Below, piece by piece: positions 53,233-64,000 of a stretch of DNA of 64,000 bases; the stretch's first letter is position 1; each line of letters starts with the position of its first letter. The DNA is taken from NCBI RefSeq assembly GCF_036321535.1, contig NC_087436.1:71488001-71552000 (forward strand). Reading direction: 5' to 3'. Position numbers and translations under genes: made by a program. Under the pieces are notes generated by a model, which searched no databases, was not told the origin of the DNA, and saw nothing but the letters and a program-made list of their open reading frames with translations. Origin of the DNA: Camelus dromedarius. Lineage: Eukaryota.

Positions 53233-56200
53233 AAATTGACCTAAATGCATTATGTATGCATACATCCATTTTTGGAAAATTAAATATATCTGCATATTCA
53301 TATGTATAATAAGTGGTCTGGATGTGTGCACAGTAATTGTCCTTCAGTACAGTATTTCAAAGAATTTTGCTATTTTTCTTTTAGAAATTTTAAAATGTTA
53401 TATGAGTAATATGCATAATACAGAATTATTCATATTGTAAAATAATAGAAGTCAAAATGGAAAGCAAATCTTCCCCCAGATCAGCTCTTCTCCCACATCA
53501 ACTCCTCCTAAAAGATAATAATTGTTAACATTTCAGTTTGTATTCTTTCAGACTACTCTATAATTGCATACATATACGAAAATATATTTTCTCAGGATTA
53601 TTTAAAACAAATATAATTATAACTGTAATTCTATTACTTTTTTTGTGAAAATATGACTTGAAGATATTTCTAAGTCTGTGAACATTCATAAATACTTGAT
53701 TGTTTTAACAGACAGTTGTCCATAATTAATCTAATTAGTCCATGGGTTTAGATTATTTTTCATTTTTTACAATTAATAACAATGGCATATACACTTTCTT
53801 GCAAATCTTTTTGCAGATACAGAAATGATTCTACACTCCCACATAAAATTACTTGCTCCATCTTATGGTGTACTGAGTTGATTTTCAGCTCTGTCCTTTC
53901 AGCTATTTAGCATCTCAGTTGAAATGTTTTGTATTGGTTATGATTATTTATATTTGCAAGAATTCCAACTGGTTTTCCTCCCTTTAAGGGACTACTTGTC
54001 TTTCATGTATGCAAAATCTACTCAAATCTGAGAATATTAATTAGGTCTATTATAAAGCTTTCTTACTCTTCTATTATCTCCATATTCTCAGTGTTTGTTT
54101 TCCCATTTGTTGAGTTTGGCATCTCTTCTGATACTAGTTTTCCTTAAATGCATGGCAATTCTCGATAGTTATTCTTCATTGTATTTGAAAACCTTATTCA
54201 TCTGGGCAAGGGTTCTGTTTATTCTCACCTGTCCCTGGTGATTGTAGGAGAGGAATAATAAAGGCAACCTGATGGAATAAATATAATTTTCCATTTGAGT
54301 CTAGGGAATTCTTTCCATATATTATGTGAAGATATGAAAAATAAAGGCCAGTGCAGCATGAGTACTAACAACCAGAGCAGATGCCAGCCAGTACACCATG
54401 CCTGCTGGGGCTTATCTCTGACAACAGGCTTCTCCTTTCTTTTTGAGAAGTCATAAGTTGCCTGTACTTCTTCCTCTTCAAAAAGCTGCACTTGTATGTC
54501 TATCTTGGGGCAAATGCTACAGTAAGGTCTCCCCTTTCTATTATTTTTTAAGCTATATGTGTGTTTGTGTGTGTGTGCGTGTGTGTGTGTGTATGTACTT
54601 GTTTCCTTGGGTCTTTGAGTCTTCCTCTCCTGTTCAAGTAGGAATCTAGAGTTATTTCTATGTTCTACTGATCCTCCTATTTCTAAACCAACAGATATAA
54701 GTAAAGACTCCTGCCTGAATTTAAACTTAGTTTATGAAATTTGATTTTCTTTTTTCTGCTCAAAATAATATATGCAAATCACTATTTCTTTTTATTAAAA
54801 AATCTTATATAACATTGAAGCTTGCACTGAAGATTTACCACTGTTCCCAGTTTCAAAAGGGAGTCCCTTGCAGCTCAAGAGGCACTTCTCTGCCACCCAG
54901 ATTCACATATGGAAACAGAAGAGTGGAAGAAGCTATTGACGATGTGTTTGTGAAAGACGTATATTCAGATATATTCTAGAGTCACTTTAAAAAATATTCT
55001 GTTGTCACCTCTAAATGAAATGTGTCAATAATTAAGTTCTAAAGTAAATTTAAAAATAAAGTCCATTGTCCTACAATAATGCAGAAAGAAAATATCATTC
55101 ATAAATATCATTAGATTATAGTGTTCTAATTTGATACAAATACAAAAAAGTCCGAAATCACAGATCTGGAAGGAACATTAAAGTCAAGAAGTTTGAGACT
55201 CTCATTTTACAAGTGAAGAAACTGAATCCCTTAGAGTTTAAATGATTTTCAAAAGAAACAAAGTCTTTGTCTGCAGAACCAGAATGGATGTCCCTAAACC
55301 ACTGTGCTTCTAAAATAAAATATTTAGAGTTTTCTTCAGTTTAGCATCAACTAGATACTGGGTAGCACTAGTAAAGTAATTTCCTGGGATATGTTGAACT
55401 ATCTGATTAGTGATCGTATTCTAAATACAGAAGACACTGGTTTGTTGTACATTCTAGCTTTCAAAATTAATAATCAGCCTTTCCATCTATGTCCTAAGTT
55501 ATAAAAAATAAAGTATTATTTTATAGTAAATAGTCTAAGTAAAATTTCTTTCAAAACAGTTTCCCTTCAAAATAAAATATTAAAGCAATTAAAAGAAAGA
55601 CAGCTTTACAGTGGGAACTGTGGTACTTGAAAGCTAGACAGGACTAGAATTCACGTAGCGAAGAAGAAAAGTAAGGCCTGGGAGGCTGCAACCCAAACCA
55701 AACCTCTCATTTTAAGACCCGGCTTTGGTGCTAAGGAGCTGAGTGACCTCTAGTGAGCCATGCACCTGCACTAGGTTTGGTTTCTCCAAAGTTAGTGCTC
55801 AGATTTCATCATCATCATTATTATTTTCTGACTTCCTCTAAGATTAAGAACATTTCTTTTACTGTAATAATTTGTAATATTTTAAGCCCAACTAGATGCA
55901 CCTATAAAATTGGAAGAATACAATTATCTTTCTAAGCAAGGAAACAAAAGACTGCATACCAGTACTACATATAAACTTGGTTCAGATTCATGCTACCGCC
56001 AAACTCCTACCCCAGAGCTCAAAGGAATGTCCCAAATAATCACTCCCACATCAGTGTAGGCTGAGCCAGCTTCAGGATCTTATGGTCCACTGCCAGTTAG
56101 GTTGAGGAGACACATCATTACAACTGGTATTTTTCCAAAAAGGGATTAAAATTTTCACTGAGAATTGCTGCACACACCACACAGAGTATTATCAGATTTT

Positions 56201-57715
56201 TCTGAACTGCTCAATGAAAATAAGCCCAATTTAGTACTTCAGCATCATTTTAACTTTACACTTTTAAAGTTTTTATTTTGCATTACTTGCTAGCTATACT
56301 TTCACAGAATATTGGAAATAATTTATTTCACTTAATCCTAGTAATTTAACCCTTTTCCATTTGGCAGACATTTTTCTCCTTTCATTTTCAATTGATATGA
56401 AACTTGCATGGCTGATGTTACTTTCAAATTAAACAGCCCTTACATAACTATTGCTATTACATGGGGTGCAATTATAAGTGTCAAAGCTGCAGCTGGCTTC
56501 CTCCTTCTCCTTTCAACTAAAGAAAAATCACTAAGTAATACCAGTGGGATAAAGCTTCTGCCAAGGTCTCTGGGACAAGAATTAAGTATTACATGCAAAT
56601 CAAGCATGCATTACAATTTTGCAAAATAAATTCTTAGAAAACTCTTAGTTAAGCCTTTGTACTAACTATGCATGTAATGATGCTTTTATTAGAATATACA
56701 ATGGTTTAATCAGTCATCATTCATGCTCACCGTTTCATGATTTGAAAAAAAGTCCCTCTCAGTAGCCCACTTGGAAATTTAAGGATATGATATTAGCGAT
56801 TCTGCAGAACTATTTATGGGCAAGTTTCTATCAATGGGCTATTTTTTCAGTATTCAACTTTTAATAAGTAATACATGCTAATCTTTATAATATGTAATAT
56901 CACATATTTATAAGCAGTGAGATTTATAAATGTTCAAATTATTTACATGTATTGTCTTGCTTGTGCCACAAAACAACCCACTGATGTAGGGAGAGGTGGT
57001 CTCTACTCATTTTTAGACCTGCAACTTCTGAGGCCTAAGCTGGTGTCTCGAGACTGCTGGCTGCGTGGTTTCCATGAGGTCACTGAGCCAGCTGCGCTAG
57101 GAATAGCTGGAGAGGGAAAGATCGTGACTCCCATGCCTGTGATTTCCCACCCCACCTCCAAGTCAGAGGACAAATTTACCTTAGGTCCCAAGAGTCCAGA
57201 AGTATATAGAATTAAAGAGATGGCCTAATTCCCTTACTAATTCTGATTTGGATTAATTTTTACTTGCTTGGCCCAAACATGATATAACTTGAGTGTCTTC
57301 CTCTCAAATATAAATCCATTGACTTGTGAGCCCTGCTGCTTCTAGACCCCATACCAGTCTCCTTGCACATGGTGTCTGGTATTCTGCCTTAAATTACATT
57401 AATTACATTAATTTCTCAATGCGTCTTACCCTCCTTGCTGTAGTTTAATGAGGATTTTGCATTCCTTTCAAAACTAGAATGTCAACGTTTACAAAATAAG
57501 TGCATATGAAACATTTATTGAATGTGCTATTTTCTCATAAATTCAAAGTTTAATTTATATATTCTGAAATTTTAAAAAAAACTATCTTAAATTGAGGTAA
57601 AATGGTGGTTCCACAAATTATATAATTTAAAACAACAGAAAAGGAAAGTAATTTGAGGAACCAGACAACCAAAAAAAAATTTTTGTTTTAATTTTCAAGA
57701 TCCACAATTACTTAC

Positions 57716-57976
57716 AAAGGCAGGAATAAATGTTCACCTGAAATTCCTAATGTATGATAAACCCATCACTGAAACGTATTTTATTTTTCCTGATAATGTT
57801 CTCATCGAAAAATAAAATAGCTGTTACGTAAACAGCAAATACTGACATACAAAGTAAAAGTGGCACTTGGCACACATCCCTGACCATCTTATGATAGTCA
57901 TACTCAGAATTATGGGTGCTTTCATCTACAAGTGAAATCTCTTTCAGCAGCACTTTCATAGGTCCTTAAAACATTT
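57716..57976 (-). other. Candidate exon pair (57851-57976 and 57716-57737) with a 113-nt intron
   Basis: tgtctttactcag|AAATG...CTTT|gtatgt, then tttcag|GTGAAC...CTTT|gtaagt. From the ATG at 57959 it reads MKVLLKEISLVDESTHNSEYDYHKMVRDVCQVPLLL+CEHLFLP. Confidence 0.2.
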
Positions 57977-58109
57977 CTGAGTAAAGACAAAGCATGTTGC
58001 TTCAACTTTCAGAAATAAGAAAAGTTAGTCATCAAGGCGAAGTTACTGCCTGGTGTATAGAGGAAATCAGTGGGCACATAAGGGTTTGAATTAACAACTT
58101 CTGGGTCAA

Positions 58110-59780
58110 TCATACAGTCAGTTAACAAACCTTTATTGAATATATTCTATGTGCTAGACCTGGCCTTAACCATTAGGGATAAAAAGACAAAGAACACCCT
58201 GTTATACCCTCAAGGAACTTAAAATTTAATAAAAGGAAACAGACTTTTCAAGTAAATGCAGAGAAGTACTATAGGTATTATAATAAAAATATGTACCTAT
58301 TTTAAAGGGAAACTAAAAGTAAGATTAGCCCATTCTACTGAGGTACTGTAGAGAAGGTGCCCCATTAACTGAACCTCGAAAAATTATCAGGATGTTGAGC
58401 AGGGGGTCAAGGGCAAGGGAATGAGTTGTAGGCAGCGGGAGAATCAAGTGCACAGCATAGAGTTGAAATTGCACCATCTGCTCGTGGAACTCCAAGTGAA
58501 GTGGCTTAGAATAGCTGGACCTGTAGCCACTCTGCACCCTCAGCCCCCGTAGTTCTGGGTCTCCCTTTTGGTCCTGTTAGTATTGGGAATTCAGGGCTCC
58601 CGTCTCTGCTGCTGTTATCTGTCTCCTGCATCTGCTTTCAAATCAGGACTGCCAACATGACTGCACCCCTTGTCTGTTTTCTTAGTCCCCTGGGCCTAGA
58701 AAGCAATGTCAGCCATCTTTCAATCCCTCCTTAAAAGGCAAGACTGTCATCTAGACCATTTTAGACAGAATTCCTTCGAAGCAGAGCCTGCTATTGCCAA
58801 AGACAGGAAGTCAGGGTATTGGAGGTGATGGGTCTCAGAGATTCTTTGAAACAATCATCTGACCAACATCACAAAGAGCCAGACTTGCCTCTTAAATGGC
58901 AGGGATAATCAAGATGGTTATCAAAATAATTACAAAAGGTAATAGCTACTCATGTATTTTACCTACTGTCATGCTAGATGCTTTAAGTGTACTGTCTGCA
59001 GTCCTCACAACAGCTCTGCCAAGTGTTTGCTTCTTCCTGAGTTTTTATAACCAAGGCTCAAGGAAGTAAAGCTAGACTTGCAAAGCCTATCAGTGGAAGA
59101 ATGAAAACTGAACTCATGGCTGTCTGACTCCAAAACTCAGTCTCTTTCTACGACGTAACTCCTATAAAGAAGAATGATCTAATGACCTGGAATTTCACAC
59201 ACCACATATAGAAATTAATTTCATTATACATGATAATTTAATTTCATTATACATGATACTTTACATGCACTTTTAGCTTTTTACTTCCATTCAATAAATA
59301 CTTTCAAGCAGCTACTGTGAAGCAGGCCTGAGTGTTTAGGGAATCAAAACAGAATGAAATAATTCTTGCCCTCAAAGAACTTATTTAAAATCTAGTGGGG
59401 ATAAAAAGGCAAGGACACAAAGATCTTTAATATAAATCAAAATATTACTTGGACACAAAGATAAGTACTGCTACTGAGGTGTAAATGGAGGTTTCTTGAT
59501 GTTCAGATGCAGAAGTCTCACGGGTCAGAATGTAATTATAAATGCTTACTGAGCACTTACTTTGTTTTGGCTCCTGTTTTAAGTACATTACATTTAATTC
59601 TACTGTGTCTGTATTATTATTCTTATAATTTTAAGGATGATTTTAAAGAGTTCATTTCAAAGATGAGGAAAATGAGGTCTAGAAGACTAAAGCAATGTGT
59701 CCAAAGATACCTATCCAATAAGAAACTAAGTTAGATGTAAGCCTGTAGTAGTAGGCTCTCAGAGCCCACACACTTAACTG
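58110..59780 (-). mobile_element. Interspersed L2 (about 58110-58500, 59290-59520) and MIR (about 58940-59150, 59530-59780) remnants
   Basis: aacaaacctttattgaatatattctatgtgctag; cattcaataaatactt; agtcctcacaacagctctg; agatgaggaaaatgaggtctagaag. Confidence 0.65.
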
Positions 59781-60299
59781 CTCTGACATTCTTCCTAGTT
59801 TGGGAAAGTCTCTTCTGAGTTGGGAAAACCATCCAAAGCCTGTCCCGAAGAAGGGATGGATTTCTAGTAGGTGGCAGAGATGGGATTACCTTGTTGGCAT
59901 CTCTTTTTTTCTATCATAATGATGCTGAACAAATTGGGGTGCAGGGCTGTTTCCTTGCTTTGCAGAAGAAAAAACTCAGGCATTGGGAGATCAAGTGGTT
60001 CACCTTAAAGATCATGCAATTAATTTATGCCGGAAGAGGGAACCAGTCTGAGCCTCCCAACTTCGTGCTCAGTATCTTTTGCATCTGATGGCTCCATATG
60101 TCTCTACCCAACCCTACTCACTCAATAATTCATTAAACACTTCTTGACCTAAAAGGACTATGCATCCCTTATTTCAAGACAAATGTATAAGATTATAAGC
60201 TAGGAACTTCCCTTATCCAATTCACAATGTAAATCAGCTTGGAGGGAGTGGCATATGAGTGGAGGGTAGGGATAGTACTTTGCATCCCTGAAACATAAT

Positions 60300-60890
60300 T
60301 GTTTCACTTGTATAAAGACTGTCATTCCATCCCTTCTCAACTTTTCCCTTACTAGATTAAATGACTGCAAATTTTATGCTTTCCTTTCCAATTTTAGCTC
60401 TAGGTGGTTTAATTCTTCTTACTGCTTTCTTCTGAAGTCTTTTCATGGTCCTCATATCTTGCTGAAATTGTGGGCCCCTAAATAAAATTGTGATTAAGGC
60501 CTGACTAATGTTAATTCTGGGAGGATTAATGAGCTTCTCTAACAAACTATTTTCTTAATGACAAAAACCAGTACCTTGCCTTAATATATAAAAATATATG
60601 AACATTTATAGTGTATTGTTAATTCATGTTTAGTTTGTCATCAGTTATAAGCCTTTTCCTTCCATTTTCAAAAATAGCCAGTGTACACTAATTAAAGAAT
60701 ACGGATTTAGTTTTTATGGCCCTCCATCCTTTGCCTCTCCTTTCAACTAGTTATATGTTTGTTTATGCTTTTTTGACACTATTGTCCAATTACCCAGTGA
60801 CCCATGCTATCAGCAAAATCAATGCACGTGCATTGGATATATTCAGCCACTATTCAAATAACTGATGAAAATATTATATGTTGTCTGCCC
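60300..60890 (-). mobile_element. Ancient CR1/L3 ORF2 remnant
   Basis: The minus strand gives NIFISYL and, after a frameshift, DFADS (compare CR1 NIFINDL...KFADD). It also gives ILFRGPQFQQDMRTMKRLQKKAVRRIK (compare VQFWAPQFKKDxxKLERVQRRATRMIK). Confidence 0.65.
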
Positions 60891-61119
60891 ATCAATCATG
60901 TTGACATATCTACTCACATAAGTCAAATACATTGTGCATGTTTACAGATACAGCTACCGCCAAATGTACAAATAGTGTTAGGAAAAAACAGAACAATGAA
61001 TATTAGTCTTTACAAATAGTGTTGTAAGGAAGCAAATGTTTGTCATCAAGACCAGATAGAATATCTTTTTATTCAAAAATTTGAGCATGTCTGAAAAGTA
61101 TTGCAAACTTTCCAACTAA

Positions 61120-62260
61120 ATTGATGGATAAACTCATGCTCACATACCACTTCACTAAAGTTATAGTAAAGTGATCAGACCAAAATTCAAAAATTCACAA
61201 GGACCAAGAGAATGAAAGAGGAGTCTATAGCAAAAGACAGAAAGAGACAGAACAAGTGGCAACTGCCTTAATAGACCCAAAAAAGTAGACCCTATAAGGA
61301 AAACATGGCCCCTAAAGTACTTAGACTTTATGGCATGCAGATAACTCTGGGTGAGTAGGTAGAGGCAGAACTAAAATCAGAAAGGTTTGCTGAAGATATA
61401 AGAAGCAATTAAACCACCGGATCCACTTCACAACTCCTTTCCACATACGATGGAAGGTTTTGTCTCTGGAAAATTCTATCAGGCCAAGGCACCCTAGGCA
61501 CAGGGCACCCTAGAGGTTGGCAGTGAGAATTCTGATCTCCAGACAAGTTCAAGAGAATCTTCTCTGGAGAATCTGCCTGCCCAAAAAAAAAAAAAAAAAA
61601 AAAAGCTTACAAATACTGACACTGGAAGTTCCATTGAAATGATCCAGCTAGATCACCTGAGAATGGAACCCAGACCAACAAGCTCTAGCTCACACACAAA
61701 GCTTCCAACCAGCCCTTGAATACCTTGCACAACAGCCAATAGCCAAAATGCATAGGTCTCGAATGTGAAAGACAGGAGCCCAAACAAACAAAAATAAGTG
61801 AAGGAAGGAAATATAGACTATGAACCAAGCAAATTCTGTCATTAATATCCTGAGGGAACTAAAGGAAGAATTGACATTCATGAAATAAGAACATGATGAT
61901 TCTTTTAATTCAGAAAATAAAAAGGAATCCTTGGAAATTAAAAATATGATAGCAGACTTGAAAAACTCAAGAGAGGTGTTGGAGGGTAAAGTAGAGAAGA
62001 GTTTCCAGAAAGTAAATCAAAAAGACAAAGAAAATAGAGGGAATAAACAAATAAAATTAAACAAATAGAAAAAGATTTAATAATCAGTAAAAAGAGGCCA
62101 GAGAGAAGGATGAAAGCAACAGGAAAAAATTATTAATGAAATAATTCAGAAGAATTCCCCATAAAACTTTCTAGATTGAAATGGACTACTAAGTTCCCAG
62201 GACAATGGAGGAAAATAAACTTACAACATGAAGTATCTTTATAATATATCAGACAGGGCA
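61120..62260 (+). mobile_element. Old L1M/HAL1-like 5' and ORF1 remnant
   Basis: ttggaaattaaaaatatgatagcaga...aaaaactcaa...aaagtagagaa...gaaataattcagaagaattcccc...ttctagattgaaa. Confidence 0.6.
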
Positions 62261-62521
62261 AACTTACAATTCTAAAAAGTCAAAACTCTCCAAAGTACTC
62301 AGACAACTCTTTTTAAACTAATAAATTCTTAACTATATTAAATAGTTTCTATTCCAATACTTTTTAAAACATTCATTCTCTTATACTTTAAAGTTTTAAA
62401 TCACAAAGTTAATATATCGGATTCTCTTAAACAAAGCAAACACTTTAAATAACAAATACAGATTATCTTTATTAACACAAAAGCACCAATGTTGTAGGTT
62501 TGATTTATTTCATAATCTATA

Positions 62522-62988
62522 CTTTTAAATTTCTATTGAAGTATAGTTGATTAATAATGTTTCAGGTATACAGCAAAGTGGTTCAGTTTTATAAATATAT
62601 ATAATATATATATATTCTCTTTCAGATTCTTTTTCATTGTAAGTATTACAAGATATTGACTATAGTTCTTTGTGGTATACAGTAGACTCTTGTTGCTTAT
62701 CTATTTTATATATAGTAGTGTGTATTTGTTAATCCCAAATTCCTGATTTATCCCTTCCCTCCCTTTCTCCTTTGATAACCATTAATCTGTCTTCTGTGAG
62801 TCTATTTCAGTTTTGTAAATAAGTTCATTTTTATCATTTTTTAAGATTCCACATATAAGTGATATCATATAACATTTGTCTTTCTCTGTCTGACTTACTT
62901 CACTTAATATAATAATCTCTAGGTCCATCCATGTTGCAGCAAATGGCATTATTTCTTTCTTTTTTATGGCTGAGTAATAGTCCATTGC

Positions 62989-63033
<45 letters not shown>

Positions 63034-64000
63034 CATACACACACACAACATATTTTCTTTATCCACTTATCTGTCTATGGACATTTAGGTTGCTTCCATA
63101 TCTTGGCTATTGTAAACAGTGCTGCTATGAACATTGGAGTGCATGTATCTTTTCAAATTAGAGTTTTTGTTTTTTCCAGATATATGTGGAGGAGTGGGAA
63201 TTGATGGATCATATGGTAACTCTATTTTTAGTTTTTTAAGGAACATCCATACTGTTCTCCGTAGTGCTGCACCAATTTACAGTCCCACCAACAGTGTAGG
63301 AGGGTTACCTTATATCCAAACCCTCTCCAGCATTTATTATTTGTAGACTTTTTGATGATGGCCATTCTGACTGGAGTGAGATAATACCTCATTGTAGTTT
63401 TATTTGCATTTCTCTAATAATTAGCACTGTTGAGCATCTTTTCATGTGCTTGTAGGCCATCTGTATGTCTTCTTTGGAGAAATGAATATTTATGTCCTCT
63501 GTCTATTTTTTTATTGGGTTGTTTGTTTGTTTGTTATTTATATTGAGCTGTTTAAGCAGTTTGTATATTTTGGAAGTTAATCCTCTATCAGTCACATCAT
63601 TTGCAACAAAATCCAAAGTTAGTAGAAGGAAAGAAATCATACAGATAAGAGCAGAAATAAATGAAATAGAGACTAAAAAGAAAAAAAAATCAATGAAACT
63701 AAAAGCTGGTTCTTTCAAAAGATAAGCAAAGTTGATAAACTTTTAGCTAGACTCATCAAGAGAAAGAGGGAAAGGGCATAGAACAACAAAATCAGAAATG
63801 AAAAAGGAGACATTACAACTGAAACCACAGAAATACACAGGATCGTAAGAGACTACTATGATCAACCATATGCTGATAAAATGGACAACCTACAAGAAAG
63901 GGACAAATTTGCAGAATGGTACAATCTCTCCAGATTGAACCAGGAAGAAATAGAAAATATGAACGACCAATTACCTGTACTGAAATTGAATACATAATTT
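62522..64000 (-). mobile_element. Cetartiodactyl-type L1 with a 5' inversion at about 63606; runs off the window
   Basis: 62522-63606 is the antisense 3' UTR and ORF2 end (EYY-like [23 protein letters not shown]). From about 63605 the + strand encodes earlier ORF2 (KSKVSRRKEIIQIRAEINEIE). Contains (TG)n at 62994-63029. Confidence 0.93.

Noticed and set aside
54839..54979. Protein-like text on both strands (FQKGVPCSSRG... and NISEYTSFTNT...)
   Set aside because: Splice signals are weak or incomplete, there is an in-frame stop on the minus strand, and I recognise no homologue.
59215..59258. Short tandem duplications (23-bp period here; also about 20417-20468, 21525-21558, 23837-23862)
   Set aside because: Ordinary slippage duplications with no spacer structure.
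62260..62521. AT-rich segment next to the L1 3' end as a 3' transduction
   Set aside because: No poly(A) remnant is visible and the second TSD lies outside the window, so it cannot be tested here.

Overview
AT-rich mammalian genomic DNA with no CpG island and no protein-coding gene I can name. Much of the window is transposable-element debris. The youngest L1 3' ends resemble the camelid (alpaca/camel) L1 type, an older L1 has a cetartiodactyl-type 3' UTR, and I saw no ruminant, pig or whale SINEs, so a camelid source is likely (inference from recalled consensus sequences). The window holds several L1 copies (one near full length at 19409-24510, two with 5' inversions, one orphan 5' UTR), MaLR/ERVL solo LTRs, L2, CR1/L3, MIR, hAT and Tigger elements, and a 580-nt pure-purine tract. 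The long ORFs are L1 remnants or microsatellite artefacts. Splice and poly(A) signals suggest a + strand terminal exon at 29-390 and a scattered set of candidate minus-strand exons, all low confidence. I found no supportable new biological system. The best observations are molecular scars: a 123-bp inverted copy of 39135-39257 fills a deletion in the L1 at 22297-22419, a 31-nt exact L1 fragment sits at 12699-12729, and a 28-nt retrocopy with poly(A) and a target-site duplication (TSD) lies at 18913-18955. Repeat subfamily names are from memory and boundaries of old elements are approximate.
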